Of a DNA stretch of 64,000 bases, positions 1 to 9,487 are shown piece by piece. Position 1 is the stretch's first letter. Each line of letters starts with the position of its first letter. The notes beneath the pieces were generated by a model. The model did no database searches. It was not told where the DNA came from and worked only from the letters and a program-made list of their open reading frames with translations. The position numbers and the translations under genes were made by a program. The stretch is taken from positions 672,001 to 736,000 of the forward strand of contig CAWEZH010000003.1 of the NCBI GenBank assembly GCA_963813535.1, read 5' to 3'. This DNA comes from an uncultured Chloroflexia bacterium. GTDB taxonomy: Bacteria > Chloroflexota > Limnocylindria > Limnocylindrales > CSP1-4.

Positions 1-90
1 CGTGATCGCCCCCGACGGGAGCTCGCCGTCGGAAAGCAGTTCGAGGATCCGCCGTCGGACGGGGTCACCGAGGACGTCGAACGCGTGCAT
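1..90 (-). CDS. ArsR-family transcriptional regulator (N-terminal part; runs off the window edge)
   Basis: Hand translation from ATG at 90: MHAFDVLGDPVRRRILELLSDGELPSGAIT, a typical ArsR N-terminus. Confidence 0.85.
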   Translation of the reverse strand, partial: MHAFDVLGDPVRRRILELLSDGELPSGAIT

Positions 91-99
91 CGAGTCCGC

Positions 100-129
100 A
101 ATGTACAAGGTACGACTTATATAAGTCAA
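100..129 (-). promoter_or_regulatory. Sigma70-like promoter with palindromic operator
   Basis: TTGACT-18nt-TACATT on the minus strand; perfect 14-bp palindrome GACTTATATAAGTC at 114-127. Confidence 0.75.
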
Positions 130-198
130 GCCTGCCCTTTGGCGGTCAGGGCTGTCGCGCGGCGATGCAGGTGGGAGTCGCGGGTCCCGGGAATCGGA

Positions 199-226
199 GG
201 CCCGCCGGGCGGATGCCCGACGGGCC
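199..226 (-). terminator. Hairpin downstream of the SRPBCC gene
   Basis: GGCCCGTCGGGC-ATCC-GCCCGGCGGGCC on the minus strand; weak U tract. Confidence 0.45.
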
Positions 227-248
227 GAGTGGTGCAAGAGGGGGTAGG

Positions 249-761
249 TCAGCGCTTGGCGGCCTCATCGATGAGCTCGCCAAGGCGGTCGTAGGACTCG
301 AGCGCGCCACCGATCATGCCCGTCGCCAGCGCGCCATCGAGGACGTCGACCGATGGGAACCGGGTCCGTGCGACGACCTTGGTCCGGTCGCCGAGGTCCT
401 CGTAGGTGATGGTGTTGATGGCTGCGGCGTCGGGGCCGCCCTCGTTGAACGGCGGCACGTCGAAGATCTCGGTGTAGACAAGCCGCGCCGGCGGATCGAC
501 TTCCAAGTACTCACCCTTGAACGGGGTGTCACGGCCGTCCGGGGTATGCCCGACCCAGCGCCACCTCCCACCGACGCGGAGGTCCATCTCCTCGACGGTC
601 GCACCGTGCCCTCGTGGACCCCACCAGTTCGTGACCTGGGCGGGGTCATTCATGACCTTCCAGACGAGCTCCCGCGGGGCATCGAAGACCCGCTCCATCA
701 CGAGCTCCGGGCCATCGGTGTAGGCGGTCGTCCGTTCGTTGCCGAGCTGTTGCACAGCCAT
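249..761 (-). CDS. SRPBCC/AHSA1-domain protein
   Basis: ELVMERVFDAPRELVW..WWGP..DLRVGGRW..GEYLEVDPPARLVYT; GGAG RBS before MAVQQ. Confidence 0.9.
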   Translation of the reverse strand: MAVQQLGNERTTAYTDGPELVMERVFDAPRELVWKVMNDPAQVTNWWGPRGHGATVEEMDLRVGGRWRWVGHTPDGRDTPFKGEYLEVDPPARLVYTEIFDVPPFNEGGPDAAAINTITYEDLGDRTKVVARTRFPSVDVLDGALATGMIGGALESYDRLGELIDEAAKR

Positions 762-789
762 CGCTCCTGCTCCTTCCCGTGTCGTCGAG

Positions 790-1149
790 CTATCGAGAGT
801 CAGCGTCATCGCGCTCCTCCTCCTTCTGCAGCTCCTTGAGGTACTCGTCGAGTCGATCGAAGCTGACCTCCCAGTGCCGCTTGTACTGGCCGACCCAGTC
901 GGCAAGGTCCCGAAGCGGCTCCGGCGTCAGCCGGCAGGGCCGCCACTGGGCCTGCCGGCCCTGTTCGATGAGGCCGGCCCGCTGGAGCACCTTCAGGTGC
1001 TTCGAGATCGCGGGGAGGCTGATAACGAACGGGGCGGCGAGCTCCGTGACCGTCGCCTCCCCGGATGCCAGCCGGGCGAGGATCGCCCGGCGGGTCGGAT
1101 CGGCCAGGGCCGCGAACGTGGTGCTGAGTGGGTCGGTCGAGGTGGTCAT
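790..1149 (-). CDS. ArsR-family transcriptional regulator
   Basis: FAALADPTRRAILARL..SLPAISKHLKVL..GRQAQWRPC. Confidence 0.95.
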   Translation of the reverse strand: MTTSTDPLSTTFAALADPTRRAILARLASGEATVTELAAPFVISLPAISKHLKVLQRAGLIEQGRQAQWRPCRLTPEPLRDLADWVGQYKRHWEVSFDRLDEYLKELQKEEERDDADSR

Positions 1150-1159
1150 TTCGCCTTCT

Positions 1160-1206
1160 GGTTAATTAACCTATCGGTATAATACGAGGCGACGGCCAGT
1201 TGTCAA
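1160..1206 (-). promoter_or_regulatory. Promoter and palindromic operator of arsR-SRPBCC
   Basis: TTGACA-16nt-TATTAT on the minus strand; palindrome GGTTAATTAACC at 1160-1171. Confidence 0.75.
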
Positions 1207-1236
1207 GCCCTGCCAGGTCCCAGAACGGGCACCGAC

Positions 1237-1752
1237 TCAGCAGTCGAACGCGAACCAGCACAGCTCGTTGCGCAGCCGCTGGTCGTCGAGCACGAGGTCC
1301 CGGATCTGGTCGGGCAGTCGGTGGCGCTGCCACTGGCATTCCACGCGGCCAGCCGCATCGCTCTCGTCGTCGGGCGCGGCCGCTCGCGCCGCCCTGACCG
1401 CGTAGGCCGCGGCGCCGAGCTCGTGGGCCGCGACATGGCCGACGGCCGCTGCCTGACCGGCAGCGTACGCGGCATGACGAGCTGCCCCACGCAGGTCTCT
1501 GGCTGCGGCATTGGCATGGCCGGCCGCCGTGCGGGCCTCGGCCCACGGGATCTCGCCCCGAGCCCAGGCGCGCGCCAGCTCGATCGCCCGTCGCGGACGG
1601 TCGTCCCCCGGTCGCGCCTGCTCGAAGTAGTGCAGCACGTGCTCGGCGCAGTCGGCGGCCCACACCGCGAGCAGGTGGTGGTCCGTGTCCTCGAGGCTGC
1701 CGCCGCGACGGACGGTGATGAACCTCGGATCGCGGACCTTGGGGAGGATCAT
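1237..1752 (-). CDS. Imm5-like putative immunity protein
   Basis: HLLAVWAADCAEHVL..DDRPRRAIELARAWARGE..AAGQAAAVGHVAAHELGAAAYA. Confidence 0.65.
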   Translation of the reverse strand: MILPKVRDPRFITVRRGGSLEDTDHHLLAVWAADCAEHVLHYFEQARPGDDRPRRAIELARAWARGEIPWAEARTAAGHANAAARDLRGAARHAAYAAGQAAAVGHVAAHELGAAAYAVRAARAAAPDDESDAAGRVECQWQRHRLPDQIRDLVLDDQRLRNELCWFAFDC

Positions 1753-1905
1753 TCGCGCTCCTTCGTCCGCCGCAGGCTTGGCCGGGGCCAACCGTACCCC
1801 CCAACGCCGCCGACCATCGCGGACCCGCGTGATCGACACGCGCCTGCAAGCCCCTCGTTCGTGCATCCCGATCCCGCGAGGGGGCGAAGCCACCATCATC
1901 GGGCG

Positions 1906-3044
1906 ATGGCGATCCTCGGCTCGCTCTTCGCGGTGGTCGGCCGGTTCGCCGGCCGCTTGCTCAACGCCGTGCTCGGCTGGGCGACGCTCCTGCTGTTCGG
2001 GAAGGTCGCGGGGTCGAAGCAGACGATCCTGCTCGTGGTCGCCCTTGGGTCGCTGCTCTGGGTCGTGACCCTGGTCGGCATCCTCGTGCCGGACATCGGC
2101 ACATTCATGCTCGCGTTCGTCCCTGTGCCCGACTTCATCGATGAGAACTGGGTGCGGCTCGCGATGCTTGCCCTGGCCTTGCTCATCCCGCTCGTCATCG
2201 GCGCGGCGGCGGTCTATCTCACGGAGGCAACGCAGCGACCGAAGGGGACAGGGCTCGTCCTTGGCGTCCTGCGTGGGTACCCGTTCACGTTCGTGCTGGC
2301 CGTGACGATCGTGGTGCTCGCCGGCGTCGCGCTGGCCAGGAAGCTGCGCAGTCTGTCCAAGCGCTGGGAGGACGCCCACGTCCCGGTCATCGTCAAGCCG
2401 GGCGCATACGACCAAGTGCTCGGACAGCTTCGCGACGTCCTGGACGCCGCCGACCTTCCGGTCCGCGTCCGGCCGGCACCGGCGATCGTGTCGCTGCCGC
2501 CCCGGCTGCTCGATGCCGTCGCGGGGCGGCGGTTGGGCGGTCTCGTGCCCGACCGCTTGATGCTGCTCGTGGGCGATGAGCTCGAGGTCCTGGTCTACCC
2601 GTCGGACGTCGCGATCTCCGGCACCAAGATCGCCACGGCACGAGCCAGGGCGGCCATCTCCAGCACGCTCACGCGCGCACCTGCCTACATGACGACGTCG
2701 GCCGAGGCGCAGCGGGTCGAGGACGCGATCCTCGAAGCGGCCGGCGACCCCGCCGACCGGGACCCGGCGTCGGTCCGCGGGCGGATCGCGCGAGTCCGCT
2801 CACTCGATCGCGCATCGCGCGACTGACGGTGCCCTTCGACGAGTGGGAGACGGTCTATCGCGAGCGGCTGCAGGTGGAGCGTGACCTCGTCGCGCTGGAG
2901 ATCGACACCTCCCCCGGCACCACCGCTGTCGAGCGGAAGCCCTCCGTCGGCGCACAGGTGGTGGCCCTCGGGACGGCCGCCTTGATCGCCGCGGACGCGA
3001 TGCTGCTCGCGGCGAACCTCATGCGGCCGCGTCGGCGGCGGTGA
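1906..3044 (+). CDS. Membrane protein of unknown function (frameshift near 2815)
   Basis: Several TM helices; adding one base joins ORF 1906-2826 to ..LARLTVPFDEWETVYRERLQVERDL. Confidence 0.7.
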
Positions 3045-4107
3045 CCGCCGGCCCGCCGAACGCGCCCGTGATCAGGCCGATGACGAAGATCAGGTAGCCG
3101 AGGTAGAAGAGCCCGCCGACCAGCAGGTGACGGGCCCCGAGGCCGCCCCGACGACGAGCCGGGATGAAGATCACCGCCGTCGCGATGAGCGCGATCGCCG
3201 CCGACGCGAACGCCGTGTAGGAGCCTTCGCCGACCACCCACGTGTCCGCTGCAAGCGTCAGGCCGACGACCGTCGGGATCGTCGACTGGAAGACCATCGC
3301 GCCGGTGATGTTGCCCAGCGCGAGGGTGTCCTTGTTCTGGCGCACCCAGATGATCGAGTTGAACTTCTCGGGCAGCTCGGTGGCGATCGGTGCGATGACG
3401 AGCGCGAGGAGCACTTCGCTGACACCCAGCGCATGGGCGACGTTGTTGACGGCGTCGATGAAGAACACCGCGCCGACGATGATCAGGCCGATCGCGGCGA
3501 TCACCTGGAGCGCGATGACACGCAGTCGCGGGTCGCTCGGATCGAGCCGGTGGGCGCCCCGGTCCAGAGGATGCATCCGCAACGGGGCGAGGTCATCGGA
3601 GTGCTCGCCGGCCTCACCCGACAGGTGGCCCTTCACGTACCAGGCGTACAGCCCGATGAGCACGATGGCGACCGCCCAGCGCCCCGCCGACAGGTCCGGC
3701 GGCAGGAAGGCTGCCCCGACCGCCAGCCCGTAGCCGACGAAGAAGTAGCGCAGGTCGTGCGACAGGACGCCGGTATCGACCGCCATCGTCGTGCCGGTCG
3801 CGCGCCGCGCTCGGAACGCGAAGACCCCGACGCCGGTCACGAACATCGCCAGCGTCGAGAGCATGAACGGGGCGCCGAGGATGGCGCCGACACCGACCTC
3901 GTGTGCACCCTCGGCCGTCGCGAACACGATCGCGATGATCGGGATGAGCGTTTCGGGCAGGGCGGTGCCGACCGCTGCGAGCACGGAACCGACCGCGCCC
4001 TCGCCGAGACCGAGCTTGCGCCCCATCCACTCGATGCCGTTCGTGAAGAGCTCGGCTGCGAACAGGATGAGGACGAGACTGAGAAGGAGGACGACGGCAT
4101 CCGTCAT
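3019..4107 (-). CDS. Sodium:calcium antiporter (CaCA family)
   Basis: Alpha repeats GTALPE and ATELPE; about 10 TM helices. Confidence 0.9.
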   Translation of the reverse strand: MTDAVVLLLSLVLILFAAELFTNGIEWMGRKLGLGEGAVGSVLAAVGTALPETLIPIIAIVFATAEGAHEVGVGAILGAPFMLSTLAMFVTGVGVFAFRARRATGTTMAVDTGVLSHDLRYFFVGYGLAVGAAFLPPDLSAGRWAVAIVLIGLYAWYVKGHLSGEAGEHSDDLAPLRMHPLDRGAHRLDPSDPRLRVIALQVIAAIGLIIVGAVFFIDAVNNVAHALGVSEVLLALVIAPIATELPEKFNSIIWVRQNKDTLALGNITGAMVFQSTIPTVVGLTLAADTWVVGEGSYTAFASAAIALIATAVIFIPARRRGGLGARHLLVGGLFYLGYLIFVIGLITGAFGGPAVTAADAAA

Positions 4108-4173
4108 CGAGGACGCCTCGGGGGCATGGGGATCATGGCTTCGAGGATGGCATATCGGCGGCCAGAAGGCCGG

Positions 4174-4905
4174 TCAGCCCCGTCGACGACCGAGCCAGGC
4201 GACCAGCGGGAGGGCCAGCATCGGGGCCTCCAGGGCCGAATACAGGACCCCGGCACCGCGCGCGTTCAGGACGGTGGCGAGCCAGTCCGCCCACATCTGC
4301 CCGAAGGGGATGGACATCGCGACGAACACCGCCAACCCCACCCACCACGACCGCTCGCGGATCCCGAAGAGCGCGAACGGGAAGAGGCTCGGCTTGAGCA
4401 ATGCGAACGGCGCGCCGCCACGCCAGACGATGGCGACGGCCATCGCTGCCACGCACCAGATGACCGGGTTGCCCGTCCAGATCTTCAGTGGCGTCGTCGG
4501 CCAGGCGAGGCACAGCGCGATCAACGGCCAGACGGCCGGTCGTGGTGCGACGCGATGGATCGCCAGCACGGTGATCGCCGCCGGGATGCCCCACCACAGC
4601 ACGAGCGCCAGCGGCATCGGCAGCAACGCGGCCGGCACGAACAACCACAGCCCGACCGGCGGGTAGAGGATGTCGCCGTGGACGACCTCGTACGGTCCGG
4701 CAAGCTGCCGCGGCTCGTAGAACGGGCCGCCGGCGAGCCATCGATCGGCGGCATCGATATAGAGCTGGACGTCCTTGGCGAACGGCTGGTCCAGCGGCGC
4801 GGCGGTGACCAGCACGAACAGGACCGGTAGCAGGATCGTGGCGAGGGCGAGGGCGAGGGCGACCGGTCGTCGATCGAGGGTCGCGACGAGCCGGGCAGCC
4901 GTCAC
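4174..4905 (-). CDS. GT87-like membrane glycosyltransferase (putative)
   Basis: D..LYIDAADRWLAGGPFY..LYPP, GN, LLKP motifs; multi-TM. Confidence 0.55.
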   Translation of the reverse strand: MTAARLVATLDRRPVALALALATILLPVLFVLVTAAPLDQPFAKDVQLYIDAADRWLAGGPFYEPRQLAGPYEVVHGDILYPPVGLWLFVPAALLPMPLALVLWWGIPAAITVLAIHRVAPRPAVWPLIALCLAWPTTPLKIWTGNPVIWCVAAMAVAIVWRGGAPFALLKPSLFPFALFGIRERSWWVGLAVFVAMSIPFGQMWADWLATVLNARGAGVLYSALEAPMLALPLVAWLGRRRG

Positions 4906-6200
4906 GTGAGCCGCCCGCGAACCTCGTCAGGATCAGGGAGCGCGGCGAGGCGGCGCTCGAGGTACGCGCGTTCCGTGCGGTTGGTGGTGAGTGCCAGCGC
5001 ACGACGGTACGCCATCGCTGCCTCCGACCACCGTTCGAGCCGCCGCAACAGGTCCGCGCGGGCGGCATGGAGGTACAGGTAGTCGTCGAGCGCGCCATCC
5101 TGGGCGATGCCATCGATCATGGCCAGGCCGACGGCGGGTCCCTCCGCCATCGCCACGGCGACCCCGAGGTTGAGCTCGACGACCGGTGAGGGCTCCATGG
5201 CCATGAGCGCGCGATACAGCTCGACGATCTGTGGCCAGTCCGTCTCCGCCCAGGACCGTGCCTCGTCGTGGAGCGCCGCGATCGCCGCCTGCACCTGATA
5301 GGGCCCGGGTCGGTGGGACACGAGCGCGCGCCCGACGAGCTCCCTGCCCTCCTCGATGCGCGCGAGATCCCAGCGGGAGCGGTCCTGGTCCTCGAGAAGC
5401 ACGAGGTCGCCGGCCGCGTCGACGCGCGCCTCGCGTCGGGCGTCGTGGAGCAGCATCAGGGCCAGCAGCCCGATCGCCTCGGGCTCGTCGGGCAGCAGGG
5501 AGACGACGACGCGTGTCAGCCGGATCGCCTCGGCGCTCAGCTCGCGTCGGACCAGCGCGTCACCCGAGGTCGCGGCATAGCCCTCGTTGTAGACGAGGTA
5601 CAGCACCTTGAGCACCCCGCCGAGGCGTTCAGGCAGGACCTCCCGCGGCGGCACGCGATACGGGATGCCGGCAGCACGGATCTTCCGCTTGGCACGGACC
5701 AGGCGCTGCGCGAGCGTCGATTCGGGAACGAGGAACGCGCGGGCGATCTCCGGGGTCGTGAGCCCACCGAGCGTACGCAACGTCAAGGCGACCCGGCCAT
5801 CCATCGGCAGGGCCGGGTGACAGCAGGTGAAGATCAGCCGTAGTCGATCGTCGGGGATGGGCATCTCGCCCTCGGCGTCGGGCCCGGGCTCGATCGCCAC
5901 CAGCTCAGCCTCGATCGCGGCATCCCGGGCGAGCTCCTCGGTCTTGTCGCGCAGCCGCCGGCGGCGGCGCAACCGGTCGATCGCCCGGTTCCGGGCGGTC
6001 GTCGTGATCCACGCGCCGGGGTTGGCGGGCACGCCCCGCTCCGGCCAGACCTCGAGAGCCGCGATGAAGGCGTCCTGGACCGCCTCCTCGGCGAGATCGA
6101 AGTCGCCGAGGACGCGGATCAGTGTCGCGACCGCCCGCCCCTGCTCCTCGCGGAAGAGGCGGTCGACGACGTCGTGGGTGGCGGCGTCGGTCCGGCTCAG
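4902..6200 (-). CDS. ECF sigma factor with C-terminal TPR/DUF6596 extension (ECF42-like)
   Basis: DLAEEAVQDAF..WITTTARNRAIDRLRR; DDRLRLIFTCCHPAL; GPYQVQAAIAALH; start uncertain (CTG at 6200). Confidence 0.9.
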   Translation of the reverse strand: MSRTDAATHDVVDRLFREEQGRAVATLIRVLGDFDLAEEAVQDAFIAALEVWPERGVPANPGAWITTTARNRAIDRLRRRRRLRDKTEELARDAAIEAELVAIEPGPDAEGEMPIPDDRLRLIFTCCHPALPMDGRVALTLRTLGGLTTPEIARAFLVPESTLAQRLVRAKRKIRAAGIPYRVPPREVLPERLGGVLKVLYLVYNEGYAATSGDALVRRELSAEAIRLTRVVVSLLPDEPEAIGLLALMLLHDARREARVDAAGDLVLLEDQDRSRWDLARIEEGRELVGRALVSHRPGPYQVQAAIAALHDEARSWAETDWPQIVELYRALMAMEPSPVVELNLGVAVAMAEGPAVGLAMIDGIAQDGALDDYLYLHAARADLLRRLERWSEAAMAYRRALALTTNRTERAYLERRLAALPDPDEVRGRLT

Positions 6201-6606
6201 CCCGCGGCCGCTCCGACCGACTCCTGGGCGGACTCCGTCGGGTAGTCGAACACCCATCACCGGCCGGACCTCGATCGTCGCGCCGAAGAGCGCGCCGGGG
6301 CACTGCGCGCCATAGGCGAGTGCCTCATCGAGATCCTTGGCCTCGATGATGTAGAAGCCGCCGAGCCCTTCCTTCGTCTCCGCGAAGGGGCCGTCGGTCG
6401 TGATGGTCTGACCGTCCTTGATCCGGACCGATGTCGCGGTCGTGACCGGCTGGAGCGCCTCGCCAGCCTCGTAGACGCCCTTGTCCTTGAGCATCTGCGT
6501 GTAGCCGTTGTAGGCGCTCATGACCTCGCCGAAGACCTCCGGGTTCGGCGGTTCGGGCGACGGGTTCGCGGTGTTCGTTGTCGTAGATGAGGATCGCGTA
6601 GCGCAT
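6197..6606 (-). CDS. YciI/DGPF-family protein (frameshifts near 6575 and 6255)
   Basis: MRYAILIY.. then TDGPFAETKEGLGGFYIIEAKDLDEAL..IEVRPV; usual partner of ECF42. Confidence 0.85.
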
Positions 6607-6754
6607 CTCGATCTGCCTCCTGACGTGCGTGGCCATCCTCTGTGTGGCCGTCATGCTCACGACGAACGGCCGACGTCCGAATCGACAGCGCCGCTACCGG
6701 TCGCCGCATCATCCGTCGGCGTCAGGTCGCCTGTCGAGGGGTATCGTGTCGGTC

Positions 6755-8221
6755 ATGGCGACGCCCAAGGAGATCCTGGAGATCGACGGTCGCGACGTCA
6801 CGATCTCGAACCCCCAGAAGATCTACTTCCCAGACGCCGGCTACACCAAGCTCGACCTCGTCCAGTACTACCTCGCCGTCGCGGACGGCGCGCTTGCCGG
6901 CGTCCGCGGCCGGCCGATGGCGCTCAAGCGCTTCGTCGACGGCATCACGAAGGAGCCGTTCTTCCAGAAGCGCGCGCCCGACAACACGCCCGACTGGATC
7001 CGCACTGCCGAGCTCACGTTCCCGTCCGGCAGGACCGCCGACGAGATCGTCGTCGACGACGCCGCCGCCCTGGCTTGGGTCGTCAACCTCGGCTGCATCG
7101 ACCTCAATCCCCATCCCGTGCGCGCCGACGACCTCGATCATCCCGACGAGCTGCGCGTGGACCTCGATCCGATCCCGGGCATCGAGTGGCCGCAGATCCG
7201 CGACGTCGCCATGGCCTGCAAGGCGGCGCTCGAGGATGTCGGCCTGGTCGGCTGGCCGAAGACATCCGGCTCGCGCGGGATCCACATCAACGTCCGCATC
7301 GAGCGACGCTGGACCTACCCGGAGGTCCGCCGCGCCGCCTTGGCGCTGGCCCGCGACGTCGAACGCCGGATGCCGGGCAAGGCGACGTCGAAGTGGTGGA
7401 AGGAGGAGCGCCAGGGCGTGTTCCTCGACTACAACCAGAACGCGAAGGACCGCACCGTCGCGTCGGCGTATTCGGTCCGCCCGCTGCCCGATGCGCGCGT
7501 CTCGACCCCGCTGGCGTGGGACGAGGTGCCGGATTGCCGACCCGAGGCCTACACGATCGCGACGGTACCGGAGCGGTTCGCGACGATCAGCGATCCCGGC
7601 GCCGGTATCGACGAGGCCGTCGGATCGCTCGACGCGCTGCTCGAGCTTTCGCAGCGCCACGAGACCGAGGGCATGGGTGACGCGCCCTGGCCACCGAACT
7701 ACGCGAAACAGGCCGGCGAACCGCCACGCGTCCAGCCGTCGCGCAAGCGGCGGCCCGACTCTGAATACGAGCCCGGCCAGGGCAAGGCCGGCGGTCCGCC
7801 ACCCGAGGTCGCGGCAGAACGGGCTGCGGCGGTCGCGGCCGGCGATCGGAACGCCGGGCTCCCGACCGAGTGGGAGGGCTCCCGTCCCACTCCGACCGGC
7901 AGGCGCAAGACGAACGTCCCGGTCATCGAGATCTCACGAGCGGCGTCGAAGGCCGAGGCGCTCGAAGGCTTCGAGCGCTGGAAGACCCGTCATCCGGTGG
8001 CCGCGAAAGAGCTCGAACCTGCGGATGTGCTGGTCGACGGGATGCGCGGGCGCTCGTCGCTGTGGTATCGCGTGCGGGTCAACCTGACACACGTGCCGGA
8101 AGCCGATCGGCCGCCCCAGGAGCAACTCGATCCCGACTACGACCCGTGGGCCGGCTACGAATGGCCGGACCGGGCCGGCCAGCTCGAGCGGGCGCCGCGG
8201 AAGAAGTCCTCGGCGTCCTGA
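6755..8221 (+). CDS. LigD-type primase-polymerase domain protein with C-terminal extension
   Basis: TKLDLVQYY, FFQKRAP, PDELRVDLDP, KTSGSRGIH, DYNQNAKDRTVASAYSVR. Confidence 0.92.
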   Translation: MATPKEILEIDGRDVTISNPQKIYFPDAGYTKLDLVQYYLAVADGALAGVRGRPMALKRFVDGITKEPFFQKRAPDNTPDWIRTAELTFPSGRTADEIVVDDAAALAWVVNLGCIDLNPHPVRADDLDHPDELRVDLDPIPGIEWPQIRDVAMACKAALEDVGLVGWPKTSGSRGIHINVRIERRWTYPEVRRAALALARDVERRMPGKATSKWWKEERQGVFLDYNQNAKDRTVASAYSVRPLPDARVSTPLAWDEVPDCRPEAYTIATVPERFATISDPGAGIDEAVGSLDALLELSQRHETEGMGDAPWPPNYAKQAGEPPRVQPSRKRRPDSEYEPGQGKAGGPPPEVAAERAAAVAAGDRNAGLPTEWEGSRPTPTGRRKTNVPVIEISRAASKAEALEGFERWKTRHPVAAKELEPADVLVDGMRGRSSLWYRVRVNLTHVPEADRPPQEQLDPDYDPWAGYEWPDRAGQLERAPRKKSSAS

Positions 8222-8249
8222 CGCTCCGGGTGTGTCTCGTGACCGCGGG

Positions 8250-9487
8250 CTAGCGCGAGCCGGCCACGGCGGTCGCGGTTCGACGCCGACGGTCGCCGCC
8301 GAGCCAGCGCCGCGCCACCGGCAGCCACGCAAGACCGATCATGGTTTGCACCAGCACGGCGATCACGATGAGGATCCCGGGCACCGTGAGGACGAGCGCA
8401 GGGACCGCCCACTCGAAGTTGCCGAACGAGACCGCTCGGGTGTCGAAGTCCAATTGGGCCCCATCACCGATCGACGGGAGCGTGAACGGCGCCTCGGCTG
8501 GGAGCGCCGATGCGGCCGGGGCCCGCGGTGGGTCGCTCGGGTCCGTCCTCGCGCTGGCCACCGGGCCTCCGGGAGCGCCTGGGACAGCGAGGGTCGCGGT
8601 CGGCGAAGCCGATGGTGAGGCCGATGGCGTCGCGCCGGTCGTTCCGAGGCAGTGGCCGACGGTCGCGGCGTCGGACTCGGGGTTTGCCCTGGCCCGATCG
8701 ACGGCAACGGCGGGAGGGTCGGCAATGGCGGGAGCGTCGGGATGGGCAGGACGCTCGGTCGCGGCGTCGGTCGTGGCGTCGGTGCCGGTGTCGGATGCGG
8801 CGTCGGATCCGGCGTCGGCGCAGGCGTGGCGGGTGGTCCGGACACCGTCATGGTCACGGTTACCGTATTCGACCAGGCGAACCCGTCGGAGACCCGGTAG
8901 CGCCACGTGTCGGTGCCGGCGAAGTCGTCGTCGGCCTTGTACCGGAAGCTGCCGTCGTCGTCCTCGTTGAGGTTGCCGTGGGCGGGCTCCTGGACGACGT
9001 CGACGGTCATGTCGTCGCCGTCGGCGTCGTCATCGTTGCCGAGCACACCCGGCGCGCCGACGGACTTCTCGACGTCGGCGACGGCGCTATACGAATCGGC
9101 ATGTGCCACCGGGGCGTCGTTCGTGACGGTGATCGTGACGGTCGCGTTGTTCGACAGCCCGAGCAGCCCGCCGTTCACGCGGTATGTGAAGCGGTCGGTC
9201 CCGACGTACGAGGCGTCGGACCTGTAGGTGAATCCGCCATCAGGGTCCAGATCCAAGGTCCCGTGGTCGACATCGTTTCGCACCTGAGCCGTGAATCCAC
9301 CGCCGAGTTGGAGGTCGTTCCCGAGGACACCGGGGGCGGCAACGGTCTTCAACTTCCCGTGGACCGCCGTGTAGCTATCGGGGATGGCCACGGGCAGCAA
9401 GCCGGCAGACGTCGACGACGGCAACGCGAGCCCGACCATGGCGAGGCCGACCGCCAGGCCGATCGCGGCGGCGCCTCGAACCGTCAT
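8250..9487 (-). CDS. Secreted Ig-like (Big_9/cadherin-like) repeat protein with Pro/Thr linker and C-terminal TM anchor (frameshift near 8640)
   Basis: Signal peptide; two repeats DSY..APGVLGND..HG.L....DG.F.Y....GTD.F.Y; TM plus basic tail in the next frame. Confidence 0.8.

Noticed and set aside
3127-4830. Long antisense or alternative-frame ORFs (also 9778-11325, 19395-20936, 28738-30294, 32408-34162 and others)
   Set aside because: Shadow ORFs caused by high GC, overlapping well-supported genes
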